Assembly: GCA_903843285.1 (NCBI GenBank)
Contig: CAIMPC010000068.1
Coordinates: 1,200-65,199, forward strand
Length of the DNA: 64,000 bases
DNA from: Candidatus Omnitrophota bacterium
GTDB taxonomy: Bacteria; Omnitrophota; Gorgyraeia; 2-01-FULL-45-10
Direction of reading: 5' to 3'
In this document: piece by piece, positions 45,777-56,589 of the stretch
Layout: the number at the start of each line of letters is the position of its first letter
Position numbering within the stretch: position 1 is the first letter of the stretch
Position numbers and translations under genes: made by a program
The notes under the pieces: generated by a model
What the model was told of the DNA's origin: nothing
The model's database searches: none
What the model saw: the letters and a program-made list of their open reading frames with translations, nothing else

Positions 45777-47973
45777 AGTCGCCGGCATAAAGGAAGGGCT
45801 AAAGAAAATATATTTGGCCGCCAGAGTCCTGGCGCTAAAGGCGCTCGTCCGGAGGGCTCGCCCCGCCATTACCGACGCCGACCTCATACGCTCGATACTC
45901 GTTATAAGGATCGACCGCATAGGAGATGTCGTCCTGTCACTGCCTGCGATCAGGGCATTGAAGGAAATATTCCCGAATGCCAAGATCTCGTTATTGGCCC
46001 GGCAGTTAAATGCGCCGCTCGTCGAGAACTCGCCCTATATAGCAGAGGTAATATATTATGATGGCCTGAGCAGGACTCTTAGCAAGCTTCGTAATCTAAA
46101 ATTTGATATAGCCGTGGACCTTCTCATGGATTATTCTTTGAATACGGCGATAATCGCAGCGGGAAGCAATGCGTCCGTACGTGCAGGATTCGATATAGCA
46201 TCGCGTGGAAGATTCTTCGATATAACTGTGAAACCCGATGAGCGTAAAAAGCGCATGTGTGAGCATACTCTCGACCTGGTGCGGCAAATAGGAAGAGTAT
46301 ATGAGGTCGAGCACCGTTCCGACTGGAGCGCTGTGCCGTGCCTTAATCTATCAATCGGTTCTATCGAACGTGCGTGGAAGATCCTGGAGGAGAATGGGAT
46401 AAGCAGAAATAATAGGATAGTCATCATCCATCCAGGCGCGCATTTCCCGAGCCAGCGCTGGATGCCGGAGGCGTTTGCTGAGCTTGTCGACAGAGTGACC
46501 GACCGTTATAATGTGAGCATAGTTATTCTGGGAGGGCCTTCCGAAGAGAAGCTGGTCGGGGAGATAGTCTCTCTGACTAAGAAAAAGCCATTGTCCGTAG
46601 TGTGCCCCGGCCTGGATGTATTGGCTGGAATAATAGCGGCATCGAAATTACTGATATGCAATAACTCAGGCCCTCTTCATATAGCCGAGGCACTCGGCAT
46701 ACCCACGGTCTCCACGATGGGGCCTACCGTTCCGTATCTTTGGAGACCGGTAGGGCCGGCTCATATAGTTGTCACCAGTAATGAACCCTGCAGTCCCTGC
46801 GGCGCCGGATCCTGCCGGAGCCACGAATGTATGAAGCATATATCGGTCGATAGGATGGAGGAGGCCGTCCGGAGTCAGCTTGAGAATATCGAAAGGAGCC
46901 GAACCACTGCGAATGTCAGCGTCCCGGGCAGATTTGAAGCCGATAAGGTGCTCGTGATAAATCTCGGCGGCATAGGGGATCTGCTTCTGTCGACCCCGGC
47001 CCTGCGGGCGCTAAGAAATACTTATCCGAGAGCCCGCATATATTTTCTGGGATCCCCCGGCGCAAGTGAGCTTGCAAAAAACCTGCCATATATCGATGAG
47101 ACATTGAATTTAGATTTGGGGCTTACGCCAAATGCCTTATACCGCAGTATGAAGTCGATTCTATACTTAAGGCGAGCCGGCATCGACCTTGCAATCAATA
47201 TGCGCACGCTCGTCCGGCGTACCGGCGCATTAAAGATCAGGCTTCTTATGGATCTGATAGGCGCCAAGATCACTGCCGGCAGAGATACGGAGCTCATGGG
47301 AAGTTTTTTTAACGTGAGCATTCCGGAGTCGCGATTGGGCGATAAATACGAGATGGAATATGACCTGGATATGGTAAGAGTTTTGGGCGCCGACGTGATC
47401 GATAAGCAGCCGGATCTTCCGATAGAAGAGTCATGCGTTAACAATGCAGCTCTTCTGCTTAAAAGTAACGGTATCTCAGGTGGAGATATTCTGATAGGCA
47501 TACACCCCGGCGGTAAACCTTCTCACAGATGGCCGCCGGACAAATATGCCGAAGTTATAAATAAGCTTGCGGGAACTGTAAAGGCCAAATTTGTTATCAC
47601 AGGCGATAAAGCTGATGCGCCGCTGGCCGCGGCGATAAGGAGATCAACATTTGCCGATATTATTAATACCGCAGGAATATTAAGCATCGGAGACCTGGGC
47701 GCCATTATTAAACGCTGTAACCTATATATATGTAATGATACTGCGGCGATGCATATGGCCGCGATACTTAAGACGCCGCTTGTGGCGATATTTGGCCCGG
47801 GGTATCTGAAGCGATTCGATCCGCGCAATATATCGCCCGATGCTGTAGTCATATTCAAAAACGCTGAGTGCTCTCCGTGCGATAGACATGCGTGTCGTGA
47901 TGCCGGGTGTTTGAAGTCGATAGGCTCGGAGGAAGTTATAGATGCCTCGCTAAAACTCCTTAAGGCAAAATGA
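45760..47973 (+). CDS. Tandem fusion of two glycosyltransferase family 9 (heptosyltransferase-like) domains
   Basis: Two full GT9 units begin RIDRIGDVVLSLPAIRAL and INLGGIGDLLLSTPALRAL. Each ends in a Cys cluster (CSPCGAGSCRSHEC and CSPCDRHACRDAGC). Confidence 0.7.
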   Translation: MLVISRVAGIKEGLKKIYLAARVLALKALVRRARPAITDADLIRSILVIRIDRIGDVVLSLPAIRALKEIFPNAKISLLARQLNAPLVENSPYIAEVIYYDGLSRTLSKLRNLKFDIAVDLLMDYSLNTAIIAAGSNASVRAGFDIASRGRFFDITVKPDERKKRMCEHTLDLVRQIGRVYEVEHRSDWSAVPCLNLSIGSIERAWKILEENGISRNNRIVIIHPGAHFPSQRWMPEAFAELVDRVTDRYNVSIVILGGPSEEKLVGEIVSLTKKKPLSVVCPGLDVLAGIIAASKLLICNNSGPLHIAEALGIPTVSTMGPTVPYLWRPVGPAHIVVTSNEPCSPCGAGSCRSHECMKHISVDRMEEAVRSQLENIERSRTTANVSVPGRFEADKVLVINLGGIGDLLLSTPALRALRNTYPRARIYFLGSPGASELAKNLPYIDETLNLDLGLTPNALYRSMKSILYLRRAGIDLAINMRTLVRRTGALKIRLLMDLIGAKITAGRDTELMGSFFNVSIPESRLGDKYEMEYDLDMVRVLGADVIDKQPDLPIEESCVNNAALLLKSNGISGGDILIGIHPGGKPSHRWPPDKYAEVINKLAGTVKAKFVITGDKADAPLAAAIRRSTFADIINTAGILSIGDLGAIIKRCNLYICNDTAAMHMAAILKTPLVAIFGPGYLKRFDPRNISPDAVVIFKNAECSPCDRHACRDAGCLKSIGSEEVIDASLKLLKAK

Positions 47974-49517
47974 ATATAAGAGCGTATAAAATTACTATTC
48001 CGGCAGTAATAATTATCGTAGGAATACTCCTGCGGTCATATATAGCCTTCGCCATAAAACCTTTCAGCGGAGACAGCGCTGTCTTTGCGCTCATGGCCAA
48101 ACATATATCGGAATTCAGGGAGTTTTATATTTACATGCCGCTGGCGCATTACGCCGGAGCCATGTCCAGCTATATAGGCGCGGCGTTGTTTACAGCGTTC
48201 GGAGTGTCATATAATAGCTTTATATCAGGCGGGCTGATATTCTCATCAGTTGGGCTTATCGCAGGATGCATATTGAGCCGGAAAATACTGGATGGATTCG
48301 GCGAGTTGATCTCGGATCTGCTTATAGCGATTCCGTCGGTCTTCATAATCAGGTATTCAATATTTGCGGGAGTTTTGGCTGAGAATGCATTATTTATACC
48401 TTTGCTACTTCTTATTGCGGTAAAGATAAATGTAGGAGATAGCAGACGTCCCGGATTGCTGGCAACTATATCAGGAGTCGTATCCGGTATCGCCCTATGG
48501 GCTACGCCGAGCTCCTTTCCTGCCATTCTTACAGTCATAACACTGCTTATGATGACAAGGCATCGGCGTCTTCCGTCCGCGGCGGTAATCCTATTTTTTA
48601 TGGGCTTACTGATCGGATATACGCCGGCTATAATATATAATTTTCAAAACCCGAATGCGACATTATTCAGGATGGCCGGAAGGGTGTTAAGCCTTGATAG
48701 AAGCGCTCTCTCGTGTCCCGACCTGCCGGCGCTTATATTTAGGCAGATATGCTGGAGGCTGTCGACCGTCCCGGATTCTCTGTATCGTATCCCCCGCTTA
48801 ATGGCAGAGCTTATCTCTTTTCCCGGCATGCTGTTATTCTGTATCTCTACGATTATAGTCTTTACCGGCAGATTGAGCAGGTGGTTCGATAATAGGCGGC
48901 TGGATGGGGTGGGGGTCGTGCTTTTGTACACATTATGGAATGTCATATTTTATCCGCTCCTGGTAGGAGAGGCGGCTTCCCGATACATGATGCCGCTTGT
49001 CCTTGCCGGGCCGTTTCTAATAGGAGATGCCTTATCCAGCGTCAGCAAATGGACCGGACGATTTCTTATCATAGCCATAGCGGCAGTATTTCTATATTAT
49101 AATGTCTCGACCGTAAAAGCCTCGGCATCTTTACCCGACTCGGGGCGATACGCGCATCTGGCGGATTGGCTTGTTAAAAATAACGCGCTTTACGGATATT
49201 CGGATTACGATACGGCATATATAACAGATTTTGATACGCTCGAGAAAGCGACGATCTCTCCGACGCTATTTCATCCGACGTTTGCCGATAGATGGCCCGA
49301 TAAGACAAAAGAGGTGAGGAACTCACAGAACGTATGTTATATTATTGACAGAAAACGATACACTGGTTTAATAAAGGCTTTCGAAAATAACTTAGCCGCA
49401 TTAGGCCTGCCGGTTAACGCTCATCAGGTGGATGGCTTTGCGGTCTACCGTGACATACCCGGAAATGTTCGTCCCGGCCAATTGATCCCCATAGGGGATA
49501 AACAGGAAAGACGATGA
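47970..49517 (+). CDS. Polytopic membrane protein, possibly a GT-C type glycosyltransferase
   Basis: At least 10 TM helices, 515 aa. It is embedded in the glycan locus and has no soluble catalytic motif. Confidence 0.35.
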   Translation: MNIRAYKITIPAVIIIVGILLRSYIAFAIKPFSGDSAVFALMAKHISEFREFYIYMPLAHYAGAMSSYIGAALFTAFGVSYNSFISGGLIFSSVGLIAGCILSRKILDGFGELISDLLIAIPSVFIIRYSIFAGVLAENALFIPLLLLIAVKINVGDSRRPGLLATISGVVSGIALWATPSSFPAILTVITLLMMTRHRRLPSAAVILFFMGLLIGYTPAIIYNFQNPNATLFRMAGRVLSLDRSALSCPDLPALIFRQICWRLSTVPDSLYRIPRLMAELISFPGMLLFCISTIIVFTGRLSRWFDNRRLDGVGVVLLYTLWNVIFYPLLVGEAASRYMMPLVLAGPFLIGDALSSVSKWTGRFLIIAIAAVFLYYNVSTVKASASLPDSGRYAHLADWLVKNNALYGYSDYDTAYITDFDTLEKATISPTLFHPTFADRWPDKTKEVRNSQNVCYIIDRKRYTGLIKAFENNLAALGLPVNAHQVDGFAVYRDIPGNVRPGQLIPIGDKQERR

Positions 49518-50170
49518 TAAGAAGATTGTATTCGTGGTTTTATAAGCTCACCGCAAGAAATGATGAGAAGGGTGAGTATGCCTGCGGCATTATCCAGTGC
49601 ATCATCAGGGATGAGGCGCTAAAATTATGCCGCCTCCAAAGCGGCAAGGCCCTCGAGATCGGAACGGGCGCCGGGCTGTTTTTGGTCAAGTTTGCGAGGC
49701 AGAACCCGCTTCTTAAGATATCGAGCGTAGATATGAATGACGCCTGCCTCGATCGCGCTGCGGGTAAGATCGCAGGATCCGGGATGGAGAATGTCAAATT
49801 ATTGCATCAGGACGCGCAGGCGCTCTCCTTTGATGATAACTATTTCGATCTGGTAATATGCATAAATTTTTTTATCGACGTAGATATAGAATCGATGATC
49901 AGGGTGCTATCGGAGATGCGGCGCGTCTGTAAGCCATCGGGGCGGATAATATTCGAATTCAGGAGTTCCCGAAACGCTTTGTTTAAACTTAAATATAAAT
50001 TGGCCAGATACTACGACCCATCGGCGCCATACCCTCTTTACACTTATGATCCTGACCGGGTCGACGGGATAATGAAGGAAATGAATATGCGCATAGTGGA
50101 AAAGAGATATATAGGCTTCCCTGTAAAATATTATGCGCCGATCATAATGGTGGAGGCGAGTAAAAGTTGA
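49514..50170 (+). CDS. Class I SAM-dependent methyltransferase
   Basis: LEIGTGAGLFLVKFA and PSGRIIFEF motifs. Confidence 0.7.
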   Translation: MIRRLYSWFYKLTARNDEKGEYACGIIQCIIRDEALKLCRLQSGKALEIGTGAGLFLVKFARQNPLLKISSVDMNDACLDRAAGKIAGSGMENVKLLHQDAQALSFDDNYFDLVICINFFIDVDIESMIRVLSEMRRVCKPSGRIIFEFRSSRNALFKLKYKLARYYDPSAPYPLYTYDPDRVDGIMKEMNMRIVEKRYIGFPVKYYAPIIMVEASKS

Positions 50171-51351
50171 TAAGACGCCTGCCGATAATAAGCTCATCAG
50201 CGAATATCCGGGACGCTATCTTTGCCGTGAATTCGATGCGTTCATCGGAAGAAGCTTCAAAATTCATCGAAATGCTATCTGCGGCTATTGGCGCCGGAAA
50301 TATATACCTGACGAGTTCAGGAGTATCGGCATGTTATCTTATATTGACGGCGCTGTCGAAAATCTCGCCTAAAAAAGAGGTAGTACTGAGCGCGTATACA
50401 GCAGGCAGTCTCGTCGTGGCCATAAGGAAGGCAGGGCTTAAGCCGGTGCTGGCCGATATCTCGCTCGACGATTTTAATGCCGATACCGATAAGCTATCGG
50501 GAGCAGTGAATGACGACACTCTCGCAGTGCTTGCAATACATATGTTCGGCATTACATCCGGCGGCCTTGGCGGCCTGCGAAATAATCTTCCCGAAGGGAC
50601 ATTCCTGGTCGAGGACTGCTGTCAGGCGATGGGGTCCGTCACGCTCGGGCGTACCGTAGGCTCGTTGGGTGACGTGAGCTTCTTCAGCTTTAATCGCGGG
50701 AAGAACCTGCCGCTTTGCGGCGGCGGATGCATAGCTACAGATGATTTATTTATAACTAAGGCCATCGAGCCCCGGATCCACGAATTAGCGCCGGTTTCCG
50801 CTCTCGGAGAATTCAGCGCATTTGTAAAAACGTTGGCATTCTCTGCCTCGACAAACCCATATGTGTACGGCCCGGCTTACGCGGTTGTCTCGAGATTTAA
50901 GGAGTCATTTCCACCGGACGATATCGCTCCGGAGCGTATGAGCAATTTTCAGATTGCCCTCGGGGGGCGTTTAATGTGGAGACTCGGACGGCTGACGGAT
51001 AAGAGATATGAGAATGGGATGTATCTGCTAAAGGGGCTTGCGGGATTAAGCGGTGTTATCATTCCGAAGATCCATGATCGTGATCGTCCGGCCTTTGGCC
51101 GGTTGCCGATAATATTTAAGAATACAGATAAGCGCGCCCTGGCGGAGGAGATGCTTAGCAGGTCGGGGATAGAGTCATCGAGGATGTATCTAAGGCCTCT
51201 GCATCATATGTTTGATCTCGGATACAATGCATCAGATTTTCCCAACGCGATTTATCTTGCCGAGCGGTTATTGACCATACCTGTCTATTCCAAGCTTAAA
51301 AAACGGGATCTGGACCTGATGATAAAGATAATTGATGAGGCGGCACGATAA
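50167..51351 (+). CDS. DegT/DnrJ/EryC1/StrS-family PLP-dependent sugar aminotransferase
   Basis: FFSFNRGKNLPLCGGG contains the PLP-Lys motif. Family-typical N-terminal segment. 394 aa. Confidence 0.8.
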   Translation: MIRRLPIISSSANIRDAIFAVNSMRSSEEASKFIEMLSAAIGAGNIYLTSSGVSACYLILTALSKISPKKEVVLSAYTAGSLVVAIRKAGLKPVLADISLDDFNADTDKLSGAVNDDTLAVLAIHMFGITSGGLGGLRNNLPEGTFLVEDCCQAMGSVTLGRTVGSLGDVSFFSFNRGKNLPLCGGGCIATDDLFITKAIEPRIHELAPVSALGEFSAFVKTLAFSASTNPYVYGPAYAVVSRFKESFPPDDIAPERMSNFQIALGGRLMWRLGRLTDKRYENGMYLLKGLAGLSGVIIPKIHDRDRPAFGRLPIIFKNTDKRALAEEMLSRSGIESSRMYLRPLHHMFDLGYNASDFPNAIYLAERLLTIPVYSKLKKRDLDLMIKIIDEAAR

Positions 51352-52502
51352 TGGCGCACCCTAATATAAAGAGGATATTGAATAAGACGTTGAGACAGCC
51401 GGCATATGCGCTGAGGACCGGTATTAAAAGATTAGGCGCATACGCGGCCTATCGGTTCGGTAACGGCAGGTCTGAACCGCCGGAGGCGGTGACCATATTT
51501 TTAACGCGCAAGTGTAACCTTCACTGTAAGATGTGCGGCCAATGGGGAGAGGGAGGGGTTACCGGACGGCGCTCCGAGGAAATAATTCAGGAAGAGCTTC
51601 CGCTCGATATATTAAAGAAGAGGCTGGATGAGATGGCATCGTTCTCACCCGGGGTAACGCTGTTCGGGGGAGAACCGCTTCTTTATAAAGGCTGTTTGGA
51701 ACTGATCAGGCACATTAAGGCTAATCGAATGCACTGCCTTATCATTACGAACGGATTTCTGGTGCATGATCTTGCGCGCGAGCTCGTTGATTCCGGGCTG
51801 GACGAGCTTAATGTGTCGCTCGATGGCCGTCGGGAAGTGCACGACCGCATAAGGGGGATGAACGGCCTATTTGATAAGATAATGTCGGGGCTGGAAGCCG
51901 TGAGAGATATTAAGATATCTTCCGGCGGTAAAAGGCCGCTGGTCAATATCCAGTGCACTATATCTAAGTATAACTATCGCGATCTGGAGGACATGATAGA
52001 GATCGCTCGGGGCCTCCGCGCAGATTCACTGACATTTCATAATCTCATATTTACGAATAAGGAGATCCTGGAAAAGCAGAAGAGGTTCGATGATATTCTG
52101 GGGTCTTCCTCCGAAGACTGGCGCGGGTTCGATTTTGATCCGGGCGTGGATCCCGACGTCGTTCGCGACGAGATGGATCGGATGCTTGGCGGAAGATACC
52201 CATTCGGGGTGGACTTCTATCCGAACCTGTCACGCTCGGCGCTTAGGAGCTACTACAGGGATCCGGCCTTTGTGCCGCGTGAGTATAGGGCCAGATGCCT
52301 GAGCCCGTGGATCGCCGCGTATATATTTCCCGATGGAGAGGTGCGGCCATGCCTTAACAGCACATTTTCATACGGTAACATAAAGAGTTCAAGATTTGAG
52401 GATATATGGAACAGCGATGACGCGGTAAAGTATCGGCGCATTCTTAAGGAGAATAAGATATTCCCTGCCTGCGCCAGATGCACGGAGCTTTACAGATATT
52501 GA
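51351..52502 (+). CDS. Radical SAM/SPASM-domain protein embedded in the glycan locus
   Basis: The CxxxCxxC is CNLHCKMC in IFLTRKCNLHCKMCGQWG. C-terminal Cys cluster CLSPWIAAYIFPDGEVRPC...CARCTELY. Its start overlaps the DegT stop. Confidence 0.75.
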   Translation: MAHPNIKRILNKTLRQPAYALRTGIKRLGAYAAYRFGNGRSEPPEAVTIFLTRKCNLHCKMCGQWGEGGVTGRRSEEIIQEELPLDILKKRLDEMASFSPGVTLFGGEPLLYKGCLELIRHIKANRMHCLIITNGFLVHDLARELVDSGLDELNVSLDGRREVHDRIRGMNGLFDKIMSGLEAVRDIKISSGGKRPLVNIQCTISKYNYRDLEDMIEIARGLRADSLTFHNLIFTNKEILEKQKRFDDILGSSSEDWRGFDFDPGVDPDVVRDEMDRMLGGRYPFGVDFYPNLSRSALRSYYRDPAFVPREYRARCLSPWIAAYIFPDGEVRPCLNSTFSYGNIKSSRFEDIWNSDDAVKYRRILKENKIFPACARCTELYRY

Positions 52503-52564
52503 TGAGGGGAGTACATATCTAACCTGGTTAGATATGCCAGGTTAGAGGCATAGGAGCGAGAGAT

Positions 52565-53740
52565 ATGGAAAAGATTAGGGTGGCGGAGGTGATAACGAGG
52601 CTCGATCGGGGCGGGGCGCCTGATATATTCAGGACCCTCTCATCGAACCTCGACCCGGCCGCATTTGACGTGACGTTGATAACGGGTCCATCCGAGCACC
52701 TGACAAAAAAGACGAAGGACTTTGTGCGGAGGTTCGGCGGTAGGCTGATAAAAGTGCCGTCTCTCGTAAGAGATATAGATCCACTGCGCGACGCGAAGGC
52801 GCTATTCAGCCTGTGGCATATATTTCGCGAGCAGAAATTCGATATAGTCCACACTCACACTGCTAAGGCCGGCGCGCTCGGCCGCTTAGCGGCCCGGCTA
52901 GCAGGAATAAGCTCGATCGTCCATACGCCCCACGGACATAATCTTTACGGATACTTCGATGAAAGGGCTACGGAAAATCTTATAAGGATAGAACGATATC
53001 TGTCGAAGCGGACCGATAAAATAATCGCGCTTACCGAACTCGAAAAGAGCGATTACATTAAACATGATATCGCGCCCGCGGAAAAGATAGAGGTCATTTA
53101 TCAGGGGCTCGAGCTCGATCGTTATATGTGTGACTGGAAAGAATCCGCGGAGCTAAAGAGAGGCCTTAATATATTGCCGGGTGAGAATGTCGTCGGGATG
53201 ATAGGACGCCTCGAAACCGTCAAAGGGCCCGAATATTTTATAGATATGGCGGCGGAGATCACGAAGACCTTTCCGAATACAAAGTTTATCATTGCCGGCG
53301 ATGGAAGCCTGCGCCAGGAGCTCGAGGCGAAAGCCGGGAAGCTCGGGATAAAGTCCAAGGTCATATTTGCCGGATGGCGCGATGATGTGCCGGAGGTGCT
53401 CTCAATACTGGATATCCTCGTCATGCCATCGCTTAATGAGGCTGTAGGCATCGCCGCGATAGAGGCCTCTGCCGAAGGAGTGAGTGTGGTGGCGACGCGT
53501 GTGGGCGGGATACCGGAAGTCGTTAAAGATAATGTGACCGGATTATTGGTGGCGCCTGCCGATGGACGGGCGCTGGCTGAAGCGGTATCTACTTTGATAC
53601 AGGATAAAGCTATGAGAGATCGTATGGGCAGCCAGGGCAGGAGCTGGATCAGAGGCAGATTCGATGCATGGGAGATGGTAAACAGGACCTCGACCTTATA
53701 TGGGGAACTATTTAACAGAAAGAAGTACGGAATAGTGTAG
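52565..53740 (+). CDS. Glycosyltransferase family 4
   Basis: PSLNEAVGIAAIEASAEGVSVVATRVGGIPEVV is the EX7E motif. Confidence 0.8.
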   Translation: MEKIRVAEVITRLDRGGAPDIFRTLSSNLDPAAFDVTLITGPSEHLTKKTKDFVRRFGGRLIKVPSLVRDIDPLRDAKALFSLWHIFREQKFDIVHTHTAKAGALGRLAARLAGISSIVHTPHGHNLYGYFDERATENLIRIERYLSKRTDKIIALTELEKSDYIKHDIAPAEKIEVIYQGLELDRYMCDWKESAELKRGLNILPGENVVGMIGRLETVKGPEYFIDMAAEITKTFPNTKFIIAGDGSLRQELEAKAGKLGIKSKVIFAGWRDDVPEVLSILDILVMPSLNEAVGIAAIEASAEGVSVVATRVGGIPEVVKDNVTGLLVAPADGRALAEAVSTLIQDKAMRDRMGSQGRSWIRGRFDAWEMVNRTSTLYGELFNRKKYGIV

Positions 53741-53751
53741 AGGAGTTATAT

Positions 53752-55242
53752 ATGGTCTTTAGATCTAAAATCATAATTGGTGCGATCCTGTTCATATCTA
53801 TAATTTCGGTGAAAACGGCATTCTGTGAAGATTATATGCAGGTCCAGGCGGCCATAGATGTAACTACCGTGGCCAGCGATGGCAAATTTATACTCTCGCA
53901 GATAGCCGATACGGCCCGGAAGAATAATATCAGCATCGTAATACCTACGGACGGCTTCCTCAATAAGTGGGAGTACGGCCTCTGGCCGTTCCGCAATATT
54001 ATAAAAAGGACTATGGAAATAAGATCAGTTTCGAAGTTCGGTATAAGGCGCTACCTGGACGAGATAAAGACTGTCGGAAGGCAGAATCCGGATATGATCT
54101 TTATCCCCGGCTTGGAGACAGGGCCTTTTTACTATTGGCAGGGGGGACCGTTCGGGAAAAATTTTTCTATCAGGGACTGGCATAAACACCTACTGGTGAT
54201 AGGTCTGGAGAACGAAAAGGATTACAAGAGTCTTCCGGTTATCGGTAACGGTCTTGCGCTAAATAACCCATTCGGCATAAAGGGAATATTGCTCATATCC
54301 GTTTTAATCTCTTTTCTGGCCGCAGGCTTACTGCTTATAAGAGAAGGATCGAAGTCACAGCGGGGTATTTATGCCAGGTGGCATGGATTGACCTTACGTC
54401 AATGTAAACGTGCCGGCATACTTCTTGTGGTGATCTCTGCCGGATTTTTAATTAACAGCTTCCCGTATAGCGGTGTGAAGTATGATCAATATCATGGTGA
54501 TGCAGGTGTAGTGCCGTATCAGAATATGATTAACTATGTAAAAGCGAGAGGTGGAGTTACCTTCTGGGAGCATCCTGAGGCCAAGAATATAGATAAGCTC
54601 GGAAATATAAGCATCGAGACATACGAGCACACCGATCTTCTATTGGCCTCTCGCCGGTATACAGGTTTCGCAATATTCTACGAAGGATACGATCGAGTCG
54701 GCGCCCCCGGATGCATATGGGACGAAGCATTGAAGGATTATTGCAATGGAATAAGGCCGTCGCCGATATGGGCTATAGGAGCGCTCGATTTCGAAAAGGC
54801 GGACGATCTCGATAGGTGCATGAAGAACCTCCGGACGGTATTTCTACTGTCTCATTTCAGTAAGGCCGATGCGCTAAATGCCATGAAAGAAGGACGCATG
54901 TATGTCTCAAAGGAGAAGGATGCCGGGAACTTCATCCTCGATAATTTCACTGTAAAGGATTCTGTAAAGGCCGATGTAAAGATTATGGGCCAGGAGCTTG
55001 TAACCTCAGATGCTCCATGCCTTACGATAGCCGGCCATTTCATCGATAACGCGGCAAAGAGCCTTAAGATAACGATAATAAGGAGCGGCGAGATAATAAA
55101 GATCATGAGCCTTGGCTCTCCGTTTAAGATAGATTATAAGGACGATGGCGACATCGGAGATAGAAAATTCTACTACAGGCTCGAGATATCGTCGGAAGGG
55201 TTATTCCTGGTGACTAATCCTATATTCGTCAGCAGGAAATAA
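53752..55242 (+). CDS. Hypothetical membrane-anchored protein (496 aa), no confident family
   Basis: Signal/anchor, a mid-protein TM helix and scattered His/Asp motifs (FWEHPEAKN). Function unknown. Confidence 0.3.
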   Translation: MVFRSKIIIGAILFISIISVKTAFCEDYMQVQAAIDVTTVASDGKFILSQIADTARKNNISIVIPTDGFLNKWEYGLWPFRNIIKRTMEIRSVSKFGIRRYLDEIKTVGRQNPDMIFIPGLETGPFYYWQGGPFGKNFSIRDWHKHLLVIGLENEKDYKSLPVIGNGLALNNPFGIKGILLISVLISFLAAGLLLIREGSKSQRGIYARWHGLTLRQCKRAGILLVVISAGFLINSFPYSGVKYDQYHGDAGVVPYQNMINYVKARGGVTFWEHPEAKNIDKLGNISIETYEHTDLLLASRRYTGFAIFYEGYDRVGAPGCIWDEALKDYCNGIRPSPIWAIGALDFEKADDLDRCMKNLRTVFLLSHFSKADALNAMKEGRMYVSKEKDAGNFILDNFTVKDSVKADVKIMGQELVTSDAPCLTIAGHFIDNAAKSLKITIIRSGEIIKIMSLGSPFKIDYKDDGDIGDRKFYYRLEISSEGLFLVTNPIFVSRK

Positions 55243-55279
55243 TTGGCTACATTGAAGTCATATTGTATAATGAGGTAAG

Positions 55280-55972
55280 ATGATAATATCGGTGCACCAG
55301 CCGCAATATATACCATGGCTCGGTTTTTTTGATAAGATTGCTCATAGCGATGCTTTCGTATTTCTGGATAACGTGCAGTATAAGCCGAGGGAGTTTCAGA
55401 ACCGTAATAAGATCAGGACGAAGGATGGATGGATGTGGCTCAGCGTCCCGGTCATGTCGAAGGCAAGAGGCCGGCAGATAATATCGAATGTTATTATAGA
55501 TAACGAGCTCGACTGGCGAAAAGAGCACCTTATGAGCCTGAGGACATCTTACGGCCGTGCCAGATATTTTGACAGATATTTCCCATTCCTTGAAGGCCTT
55601 TACAGCAAGAGATGGGAAAAGCTCGCAGAGCTCAACGTCGAGATAATAAGATATGTATTGAAAGATCTCTCTGTCGATACGCCTCTATATTTCGAATCAG
55701 GACTCGGGATAATTACCGCAAAGACGTCCCGCATAATAGATATATGTAAGGCCCTTAAGGCAGACCGGTATCTCTCGGGATCCGGTGGGAGGGATTATCT
55801 GGATGTGGAAAAATTCAAGTCCTCCGATATAAAACTCATATATCAGGATTTCAGGCATCCTGTATATGCACAGCAATTCATGAAGACGGAGGAGAACTTT
55901 ATACCTTATATGTCTATACTGGACCTACTGTTTAATGAAGGGCCAAATGCCAGGGAGGTACTAAAGATATGA
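55280..55972 (+). CDS. WbqC-family protein
   Basis: The N-terminus ISVHQPQYIPWLGFFDKIAHSDAFVFLDNVQY is the WbqC-like signature. Confidence 0.7.
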   Translation: MIISVHQPQYIPWLGFFDKIAHSDAFVFLDNVQYKPREFQNRNKIRTKDGWMWLSVPVMSKARGRQIISNVIIDNELDWRKEHLMSLRTSYGRARYFDRYFPFLEGLYSKRWEKLAELNVEIIRYVLKDLSVDTPLYFESGLGIITAKTSRIIDICKALKADRYLSGSGGRDYLDVEKFKSSDIKLIYQDFRHPVYAQQFMKTEENFIPYMSILDLLFNEGPNAREVLKI

Positions 55973-56586
55973 ATATACTCGCTATAGGTGCGCATCCCGA
56001 TGATATCGAAATAGGTTGCGGCGGAACTCTTTTAAAATATGCCAGGGCCGGCCATAAGGTGCACCTTCTCGTATTGAGCTATGGGAGTTTTGGCGGAGAT
56101 CCGAACGTAAGACGAGTCGAACAGCTTCGCGCGGTGAAGGCGATGGGCGCTAAGAGCATATCGTGGGGTAACCTTATAGATACGGAGATAGTCAATAATA
56201 GGGAACTTATAATAAAGATGGATGAGATGATCGGTAAGGTCAGGCCCGACGTGGTATTTCTTAATCATGTTAAGGACGTCCATCAGGATCATAGGGCTGC
56301 GGCATTGGCCGGTATATCTGCCACCAGATATATTAAAGAGGTTTTATTTTATGAAGTCCCGACGACATATAACTTTGAGCCGAATGTATTTGTAGATATT
56401 CAGGATGTGCTGGAGAAGAAACTGCACTTACTTAAAGCCCATGCCTCCCAGGTGGGGAAGACACGCGTAAAGAACCAGACGATTTTGGAGAGCGCGAAGT
56501 CGTGCGCGAACTTTCGCGGGTTCCAGGGCAGGGTGAAGTATGCGGAAGGATTCATGGCACTTAGAATATTCAGGAAAATAAAGTAG
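55969..56586 (+). CDS. PIG-L/LmbE-family N-acetylglucosaminyl deacetylase
   Basis: NILAIGAHPDDIEIGCGGTLLKY contains the HPDDE motif. Confidence 0.75.
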   Translation: MNILAIGAHPDDIEIGCGGTLLKYARAGHKVHLLVLSYGSFGGDPNVRRVEQLRAVKAMGAKSISWGNLIDTEIVNNRELIIKMDEMIGKVRPDVVFLNHVKDVHQDHRAAALAGISATRYIKEVLFYEVPTTYNFEPNVFVDIQDVLEKKLHLLKAHASQVGKTRVKNQTILESAKSCANFRGFQGRVKYAEGFMALRIFRKIK

Positions 56587-56589
56587 CCA

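Noticed and set aside
53967-54185. 72-aa ORF inside the hypothetical 496-aa gene, and many other short nested ORFs in the track (for example 9102-9419-, 33236-34000-, 39926-40522-)
   Set aside because: All are nested or antisense within longer ORFs that carry recognisable domain motifs. None is preceded by a plausible RBS.
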